From Naegleria gruberi (Eukaryota), in the NCBI GenBank assembly GCA_000004985.1, contig GG738914.1: DNA of 64,000 bases. The stretch is one strand, 5' to 3'. The notes beneath the pieces were generated by a model. It was not told the origin of the DNA and searched no databases. It worked only from the letters and a program-made list of their open reading frames with translations. The position numbers and the translations under genes were made by a program. This document shows, in pieces, positions 1-9,569 of this stretch. Numbering within the stretch: the stretch's first letter is position 1; each line of letters starts with the position of its first letter.

Positions 1-1030
1 AGGAATAAACTTGATGATTACTGGAAGAAGCTCTCTTATTGACCTCGACCAGTGATTGACTTCGAGACGAAAGTGGAGGAAACGCTTGTTCCAATCTTCT
101 CAAACTCAACTGAAATACCTTAACTGTAAACTCTGAAAAATCGTTAAATAACTCTGGTCTATGTGTCTGTACAATGTGATTCTCATTCAAATTTTCAAAA
201 CTGCTCTCTGGTAAACTCAAAATTGAAGTAATCTCTGAATTTTTCTGTAAAACAGAAGAAATATCATTATCCGAATCGACTAAACTGCTGTGAAATAAAG
301 TATTCGATCTAGTTCCAATTGATGAACTTGTCGTTGATTGTACATCATTTTCTCCACTTGTTGCGTTATTGAAAGATCCCATCATGTAATCTTGATCAAG
401 TTTCAGTTGATCAAGTCGTTGTTCTATAATAATTGCCTCAGAAACAGGTACCCTAATAGAAGTTAAATCCTAATATTAATTTTTTTTTCAAAAATCATTA
501 CACGTTCATCATTTTTTACAATAAATATTAAATAGTATTAAATAACAAAATAGTAAAATAATATTAAATATCAATATTCATGATGAATACAAAAATTAAA
601 AACACCAAATAGATAGACTATAACCTACACTTCTAGAAAAACACATCAGTGACCTTCCGTCCCATTCTTCTTGTTTTAATTTTTCAATAGTTGCCGTGCT
701 CACTCCTTCCAGCGATTGTAACCACTTGACAAATAAATCCACATCCCAATCCTTGATGGCTATTATACTCGGATCGTATTCTGCTTCGAATTGCGAACGT
801 GCAGCTGAATTTTAATATAGTTTCGAATAGTTTCGTATAAGTTTAGTGTAATTTCGAATAGGAAGAAAAATGAAATACATTAAAATTCAATGTTTCATGT
901 TTCCAACAAGAAGATATTTTTGTAATTTGTAATATTATTCGAATGATGATGACAAACAGTAAATGCCAAGTGATGTTTAGTGTGGCTTACCTTTGCTCTT
1001 CACTTTGAAAATGCGTTTCAGGAATGACAT
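1..1030 (-). CDS. SAM-domain protein, N-terminal part. Three exons: 1030..991, 804..629, 469..1; the 3' end runs off the window.
   Basis: ATG at 1030..1028 in an AAAAAAATG context. Exon 1 reads MSFLKRIFKVKSK, followed by a GTAAGC donor at 990. The intron 1 acceptor is AG at 806-805. Exon 2 encodes AARSQFEAEYDPSIIAIKDWDVDLFVKWLQSLEGVSTATIEKLKQEEWDGRSLMCFSRS, a SAM-like W..DV..WL.SL motif, and ends at a GTAGGT donor. Intron 2 (628..470) is very AT-rich. Exon 3 opens with DLTSIRVPVSEAIIIEQRL and stays stop-free to position 1. Phases are consistent (40 nt, then 176 nt ending phase 0). It is absent from the ORF track because it is spliced and open at the window edge. Confidence 0.5.
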
Positions 1031-1404
1031 TTTTTTCTGCAGCACTTGACAGCAATTGTTTTTTATTATTCGGAGTATCCAACCAATTAAATTTTTTTAT
1101 TCGAAACCGCTGTGATTATCCTAATGACCACAAGCGTACTGAAGGAAGTTAAACCCAAATAAAATTTTTGACATGCTAAAAAGCCCGTGTGAGTGCTTTA
1201 AGGGAACATTGAACACAATTTTGAGAAAATTTAAAGAGTTTGTTTTTTTTACAATGCAAATTGAAAAAGTGTTGATGAAAGTATTTACAGTTTTTTTTAA
1301 TTAATTAATTAGTGTTTGCTTTTTCTGAAAAGATGACAGCAAAAATATTGAGCTAAGTGGAAGAGCATTGATTCGTATAGTGTTTGATAGGACGTTCCAC
1401 AAGA

Positions 1405-1896
1405 TTAGACGAATAACCATCGTTTGACTTTTCTCTTGTAATTTACAAATTCCTGTCCAAACAATTCCTGTAAAAATCGTTCTTCTGGTTCTATCTGAAA
1501 CTTGTTTAAATACCACACAAAGAATGGAAGAAACACAACCATCACCATCCAATCCATCAAGAACAATGACCATCCAAACAGACATGCCAAAAATCCCACA
1601 TACATTGGATTTCTCGTCCAACGATAGACTCCACCCTGAACTAAACTCGAAGTTTTCTCAGGAGTCATTGGATTGACCGTAGTTTTCATTTTGGAAAATT
1701 CATATTTTCCCGCCAATGCAATTCCCGCGCCAATCATTAATGATGAAGCAAATAATAACAATCTCATCACGAATGAATTATCATCGGACGAACAGAGAGA
1801 GAATGCATTCCGAGTCATGATATTGAATAAATACATAGCTAGCATGCAGAGGAAAGTAAATAGTACGGGTGGAACTTTAAGTTCTAATGAAGACAT
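1405..1896 (-). CDS. Isoprenylcysteine carboxyl methyltransferase / phospholipid methyltransferase family membrane protein (163 aa).
   Basis: Complete ORF with ATG at 1896..1894 in an A-rich context. C-terminal motifs GGVYRWTRNPMYVGFL...EPEERFLQELFGQEFVNYKRKV match the ICMT/PEMT family signature (RHPxY...EE..L...FG..Y..Y). Hydrophobic segments are consistent with a multi-pass membrane protein. Confidence 0.7.
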   Translation of the reverse strand: MSSLELKVPPVLFTFLCMLAMYLFNIMTRNAFSLCSSDDNSFVMRLLLFASSLMIGAGIALAGKYEFSKMKTTVNPMTPEKTSSLVQGGVYRWTRNPMYVGFLACLFGWSLFLMDWMVMVVFLPFFVWYLNKFQIEPEERFLQELFGQEFVNYKRKVKRWLFV

Positions 1897-2910
1897 TTTT
1901 TTTTGATTTGTTTTTTAGCAAGTTTTGGAATTAAGATTTGGAGCTTAAATGGTGAAAAAATTGGCGCGTAGTTTTTAATTGGTGAAAATTTGGGTAAGGA
2001 TAATATTTTCTCAGAGGAAGATATTAATAGTTTATGTGAGGATGGTGAATAATTAGTTTACAATGAGAAGGTGAGGATTGACTGAATGGAGTTGGCTCAA
2101 GCCTAAAAAAGATGTGGATTAGAATAGTAGAAAGATATGGAGCTATTCGAAAGTGAATATTTGATAGAGTGGAAATATAAGGAAGGAGGCAAACATGTGA
2201 GAGAAGAGATTTCAACTCTTGAAAAATAGATATCTGATATTAAATTCGTGGTGTGTTATCCTAAACTGATACGATTTCGGTTTAACTTTCTAATCTCTGG
2301 AAAGTTAACTCAATTTTTGGGCATTTTCAAACCAACATCATTGTCTAAATATATTAAAATGAAAATTGTCACTATTCATCCATTAATAAGCAAAGAATAA
2401 TTCGATTTGGTTATCCTAAAGTTTATTAGAAAGCCATTGTCTTTATTAAGGAATTTTCACAATCAATGTTTATGTGAAAAAACATCAATATTGGTCAAAT
2501 TTTTCAGTATCACCCTCTATTAAATCCAAAAACTCAATCATCAAACCATTATTCGAATCGCACTCGTTATTCGAAACCAAAGAGATAGATCTGTATTTGT
2601 AAAACTGACACTTGTTGACATACAACTGACTCTCAAACCGCTCATTTTACACTTTCGACCATAACACAATCCTCACTTTCGTATAAAAACTCCCACTCAA
2701 TTTTACATTTGAAAAAAAACATTCAACATACAAAAAGTGTAAAAATTTGGCGCCAATTATTCTCAAGCCAATTACAACTCGAAAAAAAAACCTCAAACAA
2801 CAAACTTGCGCCAAACCTTTGCAAATTTTTCTCTTCTCCAAACAAACAACAACAACAAGAACAATTTTGATTCATTGATCAACTAGAACAACCAGAACAA
2901 TATCCGAAAA

Positions 2911-3201
2911 ATGTCCAATCAATTACAAGAATTTGTTAGAATTAGAAGTGAATTCAATGATTTACGTGCTACACAACTTGCCCGAGGACAATCCATGCCA
3001 GTGAGCAATAATAATTCCGTTGCTTCTGCTGCTTCAGCTCAAATTATTCAACAAAATAATCAAAAGGCTAATTTGGCTAGAATTAACAATGATTTGAGAG
3101 CTTTGAGAGGAAGTGCTTTGGTTAGGAATGATAATGCCTCTTTGATTGTGGATACAATGGCTTCTCAATTGATGAATCAAGTCAGTGCCATGAATCAATA
3201 A
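2911..3201 (+). CDS. Small hypothetical protein (96 aa), Q/N/A-rich, possibly coiled-coil.
   Basis: ORF with an ATG in an A-rich context (gaaaaATGtcc). No recognisable domain, so the call rests on ORF length alone. Confidence 0.35.
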   Translation: MSNQLQEFVRIRSEFNDLRATQLARGQSMPVSNNNSVASAASAQIIQQNNQKANLARINNDLRALRGSALVRNDNASLIVDTMASQLMNQVSAMNQ

Positions 3202-3595
3202 GAGAAGGAAGATATTTTCAACCTTGTTTCGAATCTAAAGGTGTGAAATCCAAATAATGTATAGTATAGCCCGAGAATGTAAATAATAATAACCAAACAA
3301 TATTCCATTAATTGAAATGATAATTTATAAAACTTAAATTCTAACGAACTTGTTTCTTCAATGAGTAGTGTACATTCTGTGATTTGAGGAATACTCAAAA
3401 AAGGACAACACCTTAGAACTGATTCATTGAATTTATCTGAAACAAACTTTCGAATACGAATTCTTTTGACAAAACTCAAGCCATCCATTTTCGTATGAAA
3501 CATGACATGCTTTCCGTTACACAATATTAATTCAAAAATCGAGCCGTTTCGTTAAAAAAAATCATCACTTTCGAATAAAAATCAATTAAAAAAAA

Positions 3596-5236
3596 ATGGA
3601 CTTCTTCAGATCACTCAAAAAGCGTAAAATCAACCCAGCAAGTCCACAACAACCAACAACAACAACGGACAACACCAGTGAAGAACCTTCACAACAACAC
3701 GAACCTACCGGAGGTTTCTTCTACAATCTCTTCTTTGGCAACTCTTCGAATAATAATTATTCGAAACCTACCAATAAGAAACGTGTCAATCACGATGAAG
3801 AAGAACAATACGAAAGCGATGATGATTACGAGGAACAGGAAAACCAAGGAAATTCTCGTGTACTTCATCGATCCACTCAACCAAAGAAGAGAATTCATTC
3901 GAAATATCCAGAAATTAAGAAACATCGAGACGAAATTCAGAAAATGAAGAATTCGATACAATCACTCACTGATAAACATGTGGAAGGGGTTTCTGCAGCT
4001 CATGTGAACATGTCCATGCTTACCAATACTGCTCTCACACCAAGAAAGATTTCAGACGAAAGTGAAGAACATTCGAAAGGTTATCCTAAAACTCCAAACA
4101 CACCAGCTTCAGCCAGAAAGAAGAAATCTCTCCTCAGTTCGATATTCTCCTTCAGTTCTGCAGCTAATTCTGATTCTCCACCACCTTTGCCTTCAACACC
4201 AAGCTCAGCAACAACTCCACAAGTTTCGAATTCCATGATTAATGTGAAAATAACCGAATTGAAACAAGACGATTTGCAGAGAATTAAGAATTCATATCGT
4301 TCTCCACTCTACACTCGAACTCCACCAAGAAGGGAAATGCAAAATCATGCCACAACTTTGGACGAAACTTTAGCCAAGAGAAAGAGTGTTGGTTATGGAA
4401 ATCAACAAATTGTTTCTCAAATTAATAATCAAACAAGTGAAATGCCACCTGCTGGATGTAGAAATAGTTTCGATTGTGAAAGTTCAGTTTCTGTTCAAAC
4501 AAGAAAGAGCCAAGGCGGACAATTCCAAACTAATCTTGCAAGAGAAGCTTCCAGTTCGTCTGGTTTCTCCAACTTTAGTGATTCTTCGAATAGTTTCAAT
4601 ACCATGAGTAGCATCTCTCAAACACCTCAAGTTCCTAGTTTCCAATATTTAACTCAACCAACCAGACCTTTCGTATTTAATTTAAATTTATTGAAAGGTC
4701 AATCGATTAAGAATTCTGGAAATGGTTTTAAAGAAAATTCCAATGTTTATGCTGTGATCGAAGTTGGAAATTACAGAAAAACCTCACGAGTTGTGATGAA
4801 TAGTTCAAATCCAGTGTGGAATCAACAATTTCAGTTTATTCTGCCAACTTTCTATCATCCTTTCGTCCAAGATTTGAAGGAAATGCATGATGCCAATACT
4901 GAACCAATTAATAATGTGGTAACGATTCGATTGTATGATCATGATGAAATTTTCGAACATGAATTCCTTGGAAAGGTTGAGTTTAAACTGGACGAATTGT
5001 TTGTGCAATGTTGTCAAGATTCGGGTAAAGTTCATGAAAAAACAGGTCAATTGATAATGAAGAGATCGAAAACCTTCAAGCAAATGATGAATTTATTTGG
5101 AGTTGAAACTGGTCAATTGGAAATTCAATTTCGTGTAGAGTATCATCCAAGAAAGGAAGAAGTTTCTTCTCATGTTTCGAATGGTGTTGCTTCATCATCT
5201 GCTAACAAATCAAATGTTGTTTATTGCTTCTTTTAA
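3596..5236 (+). CDS. C2-domain protein with a long low-complexity N-terminal region (546 aa).
   Basis: ATG preceded by aaaaaaaaa. The C-terminal ~120 aa (NSNVYAVIEVGNYRKTSRVVMNSSNPVWNQQFQF...IRLYDHDEIFEHEFLGKVEFKLDEL) fits the C2 beta-sandwich pattern. The N-terminal region is S/T/N/P-rich. Confidence 0.7.
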   Translation: MDFFRSLKKRKINPASPQQPTTTTDNTSEEPSQQHEPTGGFFYNLFFGNSSNNNYSKPTNKKRVNHDEEEQYESDDDYEEQENQGNSRVLHRSTQPKKRIHSKYPEIKKHRDEIQKMKNSIQSLTDKHVEGVSAAHVNMSMLTNTALTPRKISDESEEHSKGYPKTPNTPASARKKKSLLSSIFSFSSAANSDSPPPLPSTPSSATTPQVSNSMINVKITELKQDDLQRIKNSYRSPLYTRTPPRREMQNHATTLDETLAKRKSVGYGNQQIVSQINNQTSEMPPAGCRNSFDCESSVSVQTRKSQGGQFQTNLAREASSSSGFSNFSDSSNSFNTMSSISQTPQVPSFQYLTQPTRPFVFNLNLLKGQSIKNSGNGFKENSNVYAVIEVGNYRKTSRVVMNSSNPVWNQQFQFILPTFYHPFVQDLKEMHDANTEPINNVVTIRLYDHDEIFEHEFLGKVEFKLDELFVQCCQDSGKVHEKTGQLIMKRSKTFKQMMNLFGVETGQLEIQFRVEYHPRKEEVSSHVSNGVASSSANKSNVVYCFF

Positions 5237-5384
5237 TTAGGAAGGCAATGTTTAATAACAATTTGAATAAATTCTCACAAAATATTATATTAAAAAAAGA
5301 TTATTCTGAATTGTTTGTCATTGCTGATTCGAAATTTCTTGAAAAACTAACAATTATGGCAATTTAATGTAATTCATTTTAACA

Positions 5385-5469
5385 GGTGGGTTGGTCGAGT
5401 GGTCTAAGACGACACTAAGTATTATAACCGTGTTCCGAAAGGGCGTGGGTTCAAATCCCGCACTCATCA
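5385..5469 (+). tRNA. tRNA-Leu (type II), anticodon uncertain (AAG or UAA), probably with a ~5-nt intron.
   Basis: Acceptor stem GGTGGGT/ACTCATC with discriminator A. TG at positions 8-9. D-arm GTC-GAGTGGTCTAA-GAC typical of Leu. Long variable arm TCCGAAAGGGC. T-arm GTGGG-TTCAAAT-CCCGC. The gene is 85 nt against ~80 expected, so the 12 nt between the anticodon-stem halves are read as a 7-nt loop plus ~5-nt intron. There is a T/C mismatch at the base of the anticodon stem. Confidence 0.65.
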
Positions 5470-5620
5470 AATTTTGTTGATTTTATTGTATTCTATCTAT
5501 TCAAGAAATGAATGTTATTTCTACACATATCAGGATTTGTAGACAACTACTTGGCTTGCCAACACAATCTCAAACAATTCATGAATAGTTTTTCAAATTC
5601 ATTGAAATCAGAAATTTGAT

Positions 5621-5700
5621 ATGAAACGAGAAGGAGATCTATTCGGAGAGTCTGTCTTTCTTCTTGTTTCACAAGGTGATGCATTTGCATTCAACTTGTT
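5621..5700 (-). other. Short segment homologous to an internal coding region (12461..12540) of the low-complexity gene 12313..13350. Possible gene fragment or unannotated exon.
   Basis: 50 of 56 nt are identical between 5629..5684 and 12472..12527. The minus-strand translations share the motif ASPCET(R/V)RKT(D/H)SPNR(S/T)PS. Confidence 0.5.
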
Positions 5701-6053
5701 CACAATTCAGTTGCTATAGGTATCTTAGAATTAATTACGGACCAAGAGTGATTTCCTTAATCTCTTTAATTCAAAACACTTCACGCTACGAATACTCGCA
5801 ATAAGCGTCCACAATAAATTAATCACTAAAAGTATTATTATTAAATATGGAGTGGATAGGTAGAATTCAGCCAATTTTTTTTAATTATTAATTTAATATT
5901 TATTAATTTAATATTCATTAATTAGAGTTTGTTTTTTGCCGCGAATAGCATGACATTATCATAATTACGACCCTCACTTTTTTACCCACCCAACCTCCTT
6001 AATTGGTATATAATACTTATGCTAATATTATTTTCGTTTTCAAAATCTCAGAT

Positions 6054-6144
6054 GGTGAGTTGGTCGAGTGGTCTAAGACGACACGTTAAGGTATGATTAA
6101 TACCGTGTTCCGCAAGGGCGTGGGTTCAAATCCCACACTCATCA
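6054..6144 (+). tRNA. tRNA-Leu(AAG) (type II) with a predicted 11-nt intron.
   Basis: Acceptor GGTGAGT/ACTCATC, discriminator A. Same D-arm, variable arm (TCCGCAAGGGC) and T-arm as the copy at 5385. Anticodon stem ACACG/CGTGT encloses TTAAGG+intron(ATGATTAATA)+C, so the anticodon is AAG. Total length is 91 nt. Confidence 0.7.
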
Positions 6145-6248
6145 AATTTTGTTAATAGTAATTATTTTTTAGAATAACAAACTTCACATACTGAATTTTC
6201 ACCTTTGCCTTAGTATTTGAAAGTGTTATTATTAATTAAATACGGAAT

Positions 6249-7050
6249 TTATGTTCTTTTTAGAGTTAATCTTCTTATAATTATCAAATAATTCTTAAAT
6301 TCTGTTTTAACTTGTTCGTCAATCATATCTTTCTCTACAAGAAAATCAAATATTTCCCTCATCTCATCAATAACTAACTCTAAATCTTCATCAATAAACA
6401 CCTCTCTTAATATCGTAACAATATCCAATGAATTCAACATGTTTTTTCCACTATTAAATAAAATTCTTTTCAAAAGAGGAATAAATAAGCTGTTTAAGAG
6501 ACGTGTAAGCAGTTCAGGTATATTAATTGGAAACAAACCTTGGTGATATGGATACAGTAGAAAATATAATGCAGATGTTATACTTTATAATCAACTCTAA
6601 CACGTATAAAGCTCTTTCGTAGTTATTGACATATTTACATAAAAATTGAAATGCTATTGTGGCCTCGTTAAAGTTGTAACAAATGGTTCGAGCAGCTCGA
6701 ACGAGAAATTAACTCTGCCAAGTGTTTCAAATTTTCAGAAGAGAGGTGATCATAATCATTGCTCAGTATCGCAAACACTGTAAACTTGTAGTAAATTGAC
6801 TGATAAAGTGAAACTAACATACCATCAAAATATAAATCAATTGTATCTTCATTATTCCCTCTTTCTATTAATTGAGTTGCCTCAGCGACTATCTTTCTTC
6901 TATCAACGACTTCTGTTCACTATGGTCAACAAACCGTAACTCTTCCATTACATGTTTTCATCAAATATTGTTTTTCAAAAAGAAAAAAATAGCTTACCAT
7001 CACCACCATCAAAAATGTTGAACAACCACTACTAATCTTCTTTTACCTGA
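6249..7050 (-). CDS. Putative multi-exon gene of unknown function; exon structure unresolved.
   Basis: Minus-strand ORF 6249..6536 (LFPINIPELLTRLL...). Minus-strand donor-like sites lie at about 6818 (GTATGT), 6990 (GTAAGC), 7048 (GTAAAA) and 6540 (GTTTGT). Short open segments (e.g. ...IVAEATQLIERGNNEDTIDLYFDG before the GTATGT donor) suggest a spliced minus-strand gene. I could not produce a consistent full model. Confidence 0.25.
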
Positions 7051-7342
7051 TTTTATCAGGAGGAGAAATGATCATTTGCTTCTGTGTGCTTTTTTTGCAT
7101 TACATTCTTCATCTTGAGAATAGTAATACTCTTTCATCTATAGCATTTCCTCTGTTGAAGAATATTCAGTCAGTAACGTATATCGGAGTGAATGAGCAAT
7201 ATTCAGGCTTCTTTTCAGTTTCTTGCCAGTTCCTCCTTATGATGGTTGTTTTATTCCTCGGTTCTACAGGTCATCCTTTGCGTACTGTTGACTGTGGTAT
7301 TTATCAACAAAGTTGTCAAATTCACCTTTCATCCTTTGAATT

Positions 7343-9049
7343 TTGTTTTATGGATTGCAATTAAAAATGTCTTTACTTGCTAGCAGGGCACAACTGAATT
7401 ATCCTAGATGTGTTTTTGTTTCATCAAATAATGAAGTTTATATTGCTGATGAAGGTAATCAAAGAATTAGAAAAGTAGTAGAGAATGGAAATATTGTAAC
7501 AATTGCAGGAAATGGAACTGCTGGATTCAGTGGTGATAATGGCCCTGCAACAAGTGCACAACTGTATAATCCTTTTGGTATTTTTGTTTCATCAAATAAT
7601 GAAGTTTATATTTCTGATTCTGGAAATAATAGAATTAGAAAAGTATTAGAAAATGGAAATATTATAACAATTGCTGGAAATGGAACTGTTGGATTCAGTG
7701 GTGATAATGGCCCTGCAACAAGTGCACAACTGTATAATCCTTTTGGTATTTTTGTTTCAGCAAATAATGAGGTTTATATTTCTGATTCTAACAATAATAT
7801 AATTAGAAAAATATTAGAAAATGGAAATATTGTAACAATTGCTGGAAATGGCACCAGGGGATTCAGTGGTGATTCACCATTTGATATTAGAATGTATCCT
7901 CATGTTGGAAATAGTAGCCTGTATTCCAAAATAGAATTTCATAATTTGAAAAAACATTCAAGAGATCAATTATTTGGATTGCAAATTTATGGATTCATTC
8001 CACTTATTGAAAAAACTTCACCAAAATTTTGTAATATTTTGAAGAATGAAAAGATACTTTGTTTGATGAGTTCATCGCAACAAGAAATTATTCAAAAATT
8101 AATTGACTCTTTGATGTATGATAAGAATAAGGTAAATTTTAGCAAAGAAGAAATCTTGGATGTTTTATTCATTTTGGGTTTATTTAAGAATGGTGAATTT
8201 ATTGATTTGAAAAGATCATTGACAAGTGAATTTGAGAACTCACTCACATTAGAAGGTCTTACTTTCAAATGGGAAACAATTGAAAATTTACTCAAAGTTT
8301 GCAAGGAAGAATTTAATGTTCAAAATTACATTCTTGATCATTTGAATAACTATTGTATTGAATATGCTGTTGTTCAAATGAGGACCAAAGAAGGAAACAC
8401 TTTATTACGGACTCTTCCAATAATTATGAGAAATGGTGTTGCCCTATTTTCAACAATGATTTTTACTCAACCAACTGCAATTAATGTTGAGGAAACAATT
8501 GAAAATGAACCACAAACAATTGAATCATTATATAATGACATGAACACAAGTGATGTGAAAATCAAAATGGGACAAAACAAATACTTATATTGCCACAAAA
8601 CTGTATTGAGTTCATCAAGTACATTCTTTAATGCATTATTTGAAAGTGGATCTTGTTTCAGTGATTTGAGTGATGATGGAGAATTCACACCTGACTAATC
8701 AGAAGATTTGGAATTATTGGAAATTGTGATCAAACATTGTTATGGAATTTCATTTGACAAAATTGATCCTGTTAAAATTATTGGATTACTTGATATGGCA
8801 ATGAAACATGAAATTCAATATCTGGTCGATTATTGCAAGAATAACTTTAATCTATCCATTGATAATTACTTTACTATGCTTGAAGCATGTGAAAATTATT
8901 TTGATTTACAACCATTTGAGCACTTTTTGAGAGAGATTGTCAAATTTAGCATCTCCAACAGAAAACAACTTTTCAGCGATCACAATGGAATTTCCAAATT
9001 ACCTGAAAAAGTTTGGCAAGAAATCTTAAAGCTTTCACAGGACTTTTGA
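7343..9049 (+). CDS. NHL-repeat + BTB/POZ (and BACK-like) domain protein, interrupted by an in-frame TAA at 8696..8698.
   Basis: Three near-identical 56-aa NHL units (SSNNEVYI.D.GN.RIRKV.ENGNI.TIAGNGT.GFSGDNGPATSAQLYNPFGIFV). A BTB motif follows (KYLYCHKTVLSSSSTFFNALFESG...D*SEDLELLEIVIKHCYGISFDKIDPVKIIGLLDMAMKHEIQYLVDYC). ORFs 7343..8698 and 8708..9049 are in the same frame, separated only by one TAA lying inside the BTB fold, with no room for an intron. The N-terminal repeat looks truncated, so upstream exons are possible. Confidence 0.6.
7427..7873 (+). repeat. Intragenic tandem repeat, period 168 nt (2.7 copies, about 90% nucleotide identity), encoding the NHL units.
   Basis: Copies start at 7427, 7595 and 7763, each opening aataatgaagtttatat...ggattcagtggtgataatggccctgcaacaagtgcacaactgtataatccttttggtatttttgtttca. 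The third copy diverges after ggattcagtggtgat. Confidence 0.8.
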
Positions 9050-9569
9050 GATTATTTTGAGATTGAGACGTTATAATTTAATTTTGAAGAACAATTTAAT
9101 TGGATCTTTTTGTGAATACACTGTTCTTTGCAAATAACAAATTGGTTTTCATTGGGTACTACTGCAGCAGTGAGAGATAGGAAAAAAGACTTTCATCCTT
9201 TTGGGAGAGTATTGCAACAGTTATAAGTATTGTTATTTATCATTCCGACAATTTAGTTCTATCAGGAATGATTGTTGAATTTCATTCTTCTCTAGAGTTG
9301 ATTCTCACAACCCAACAACAAACTGTTAAACAGTACATGGCTCGAGAAGTCAAAGTGTTCTCTCTTAGAAAACCTTCGACTAATAATAACACTGTATTAA
9401 GGCACCTTTAAAAACGCAAATTATTAAGCATGTTTAAACTCTAAAAAAAAATGAAAAGAAAAGTCACTACAATTCATGCTATGAAAAGCTGATTGCGTCC
9501 TCAGATAGCAAGAAGAGAAACATTAAAAACAATCATCAAATTATTCTTGATGAATCTATTGCAAGTCCA

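Noticed and set aside
3678-3961. ORFs 3678..3947 (plus strand) and 3689..3961 (minus strand) overlapping the C2-protein gene.
   Set aside because: They lie on alternative frames or the opposite strand of a well-supported long ORF, and their low-complexity translations mirror its codon periodicity. The same applies to 4386..4607, 4805..5083, 14040..14835, 15637..16321, 16794..17012, 18303..19933, 21046..21363, 22898..23173, 24033..25560, 26401..26839, 27028..27774, 28708..28995, 29423..29894, 30619..31392, 33067..34098, 35248..35521, 37560..38272, 40416..41972, 42905..45534, 47198..47975, 49277..49652, 50218..50757, 51038..51877, 54302..54948, 57058..57318 and 59652..63165.
5470-6053. A tRNA-targeted retroelement (TRE-like) insertion between or next to the tRNA genes.
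   Set aside because: No reverse-transcriptase or gag-like ORF, no poly-A or target-site duplication is visible. Only a 56-nt gene-fragment similarity was found.
7068-7364. ORF 7068..7364 (98 aa) upstream of the NHL gene.
   Set aside because: No ATG context and a hydrophobic low-complexity translation. It is likely promoter or UTR sequence, or part of an unresolved upstream exon structure.
7427-7873. A CRISPR-like regular repeat array.
   Set aside because: The 168-nt units are contiguous coding repeats without spacers, inside a eukaryotic NHL gene.
8696-8698. Reading the in-frame TAA as a sense codon (ciliate-type genetic code).
   Set aside because: Nearly all other genes in the window terminate with TAA at positions where homology ends, for example NAXE, ADCK, POLE3-like and MBOAT. 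The standard code therefore applies.
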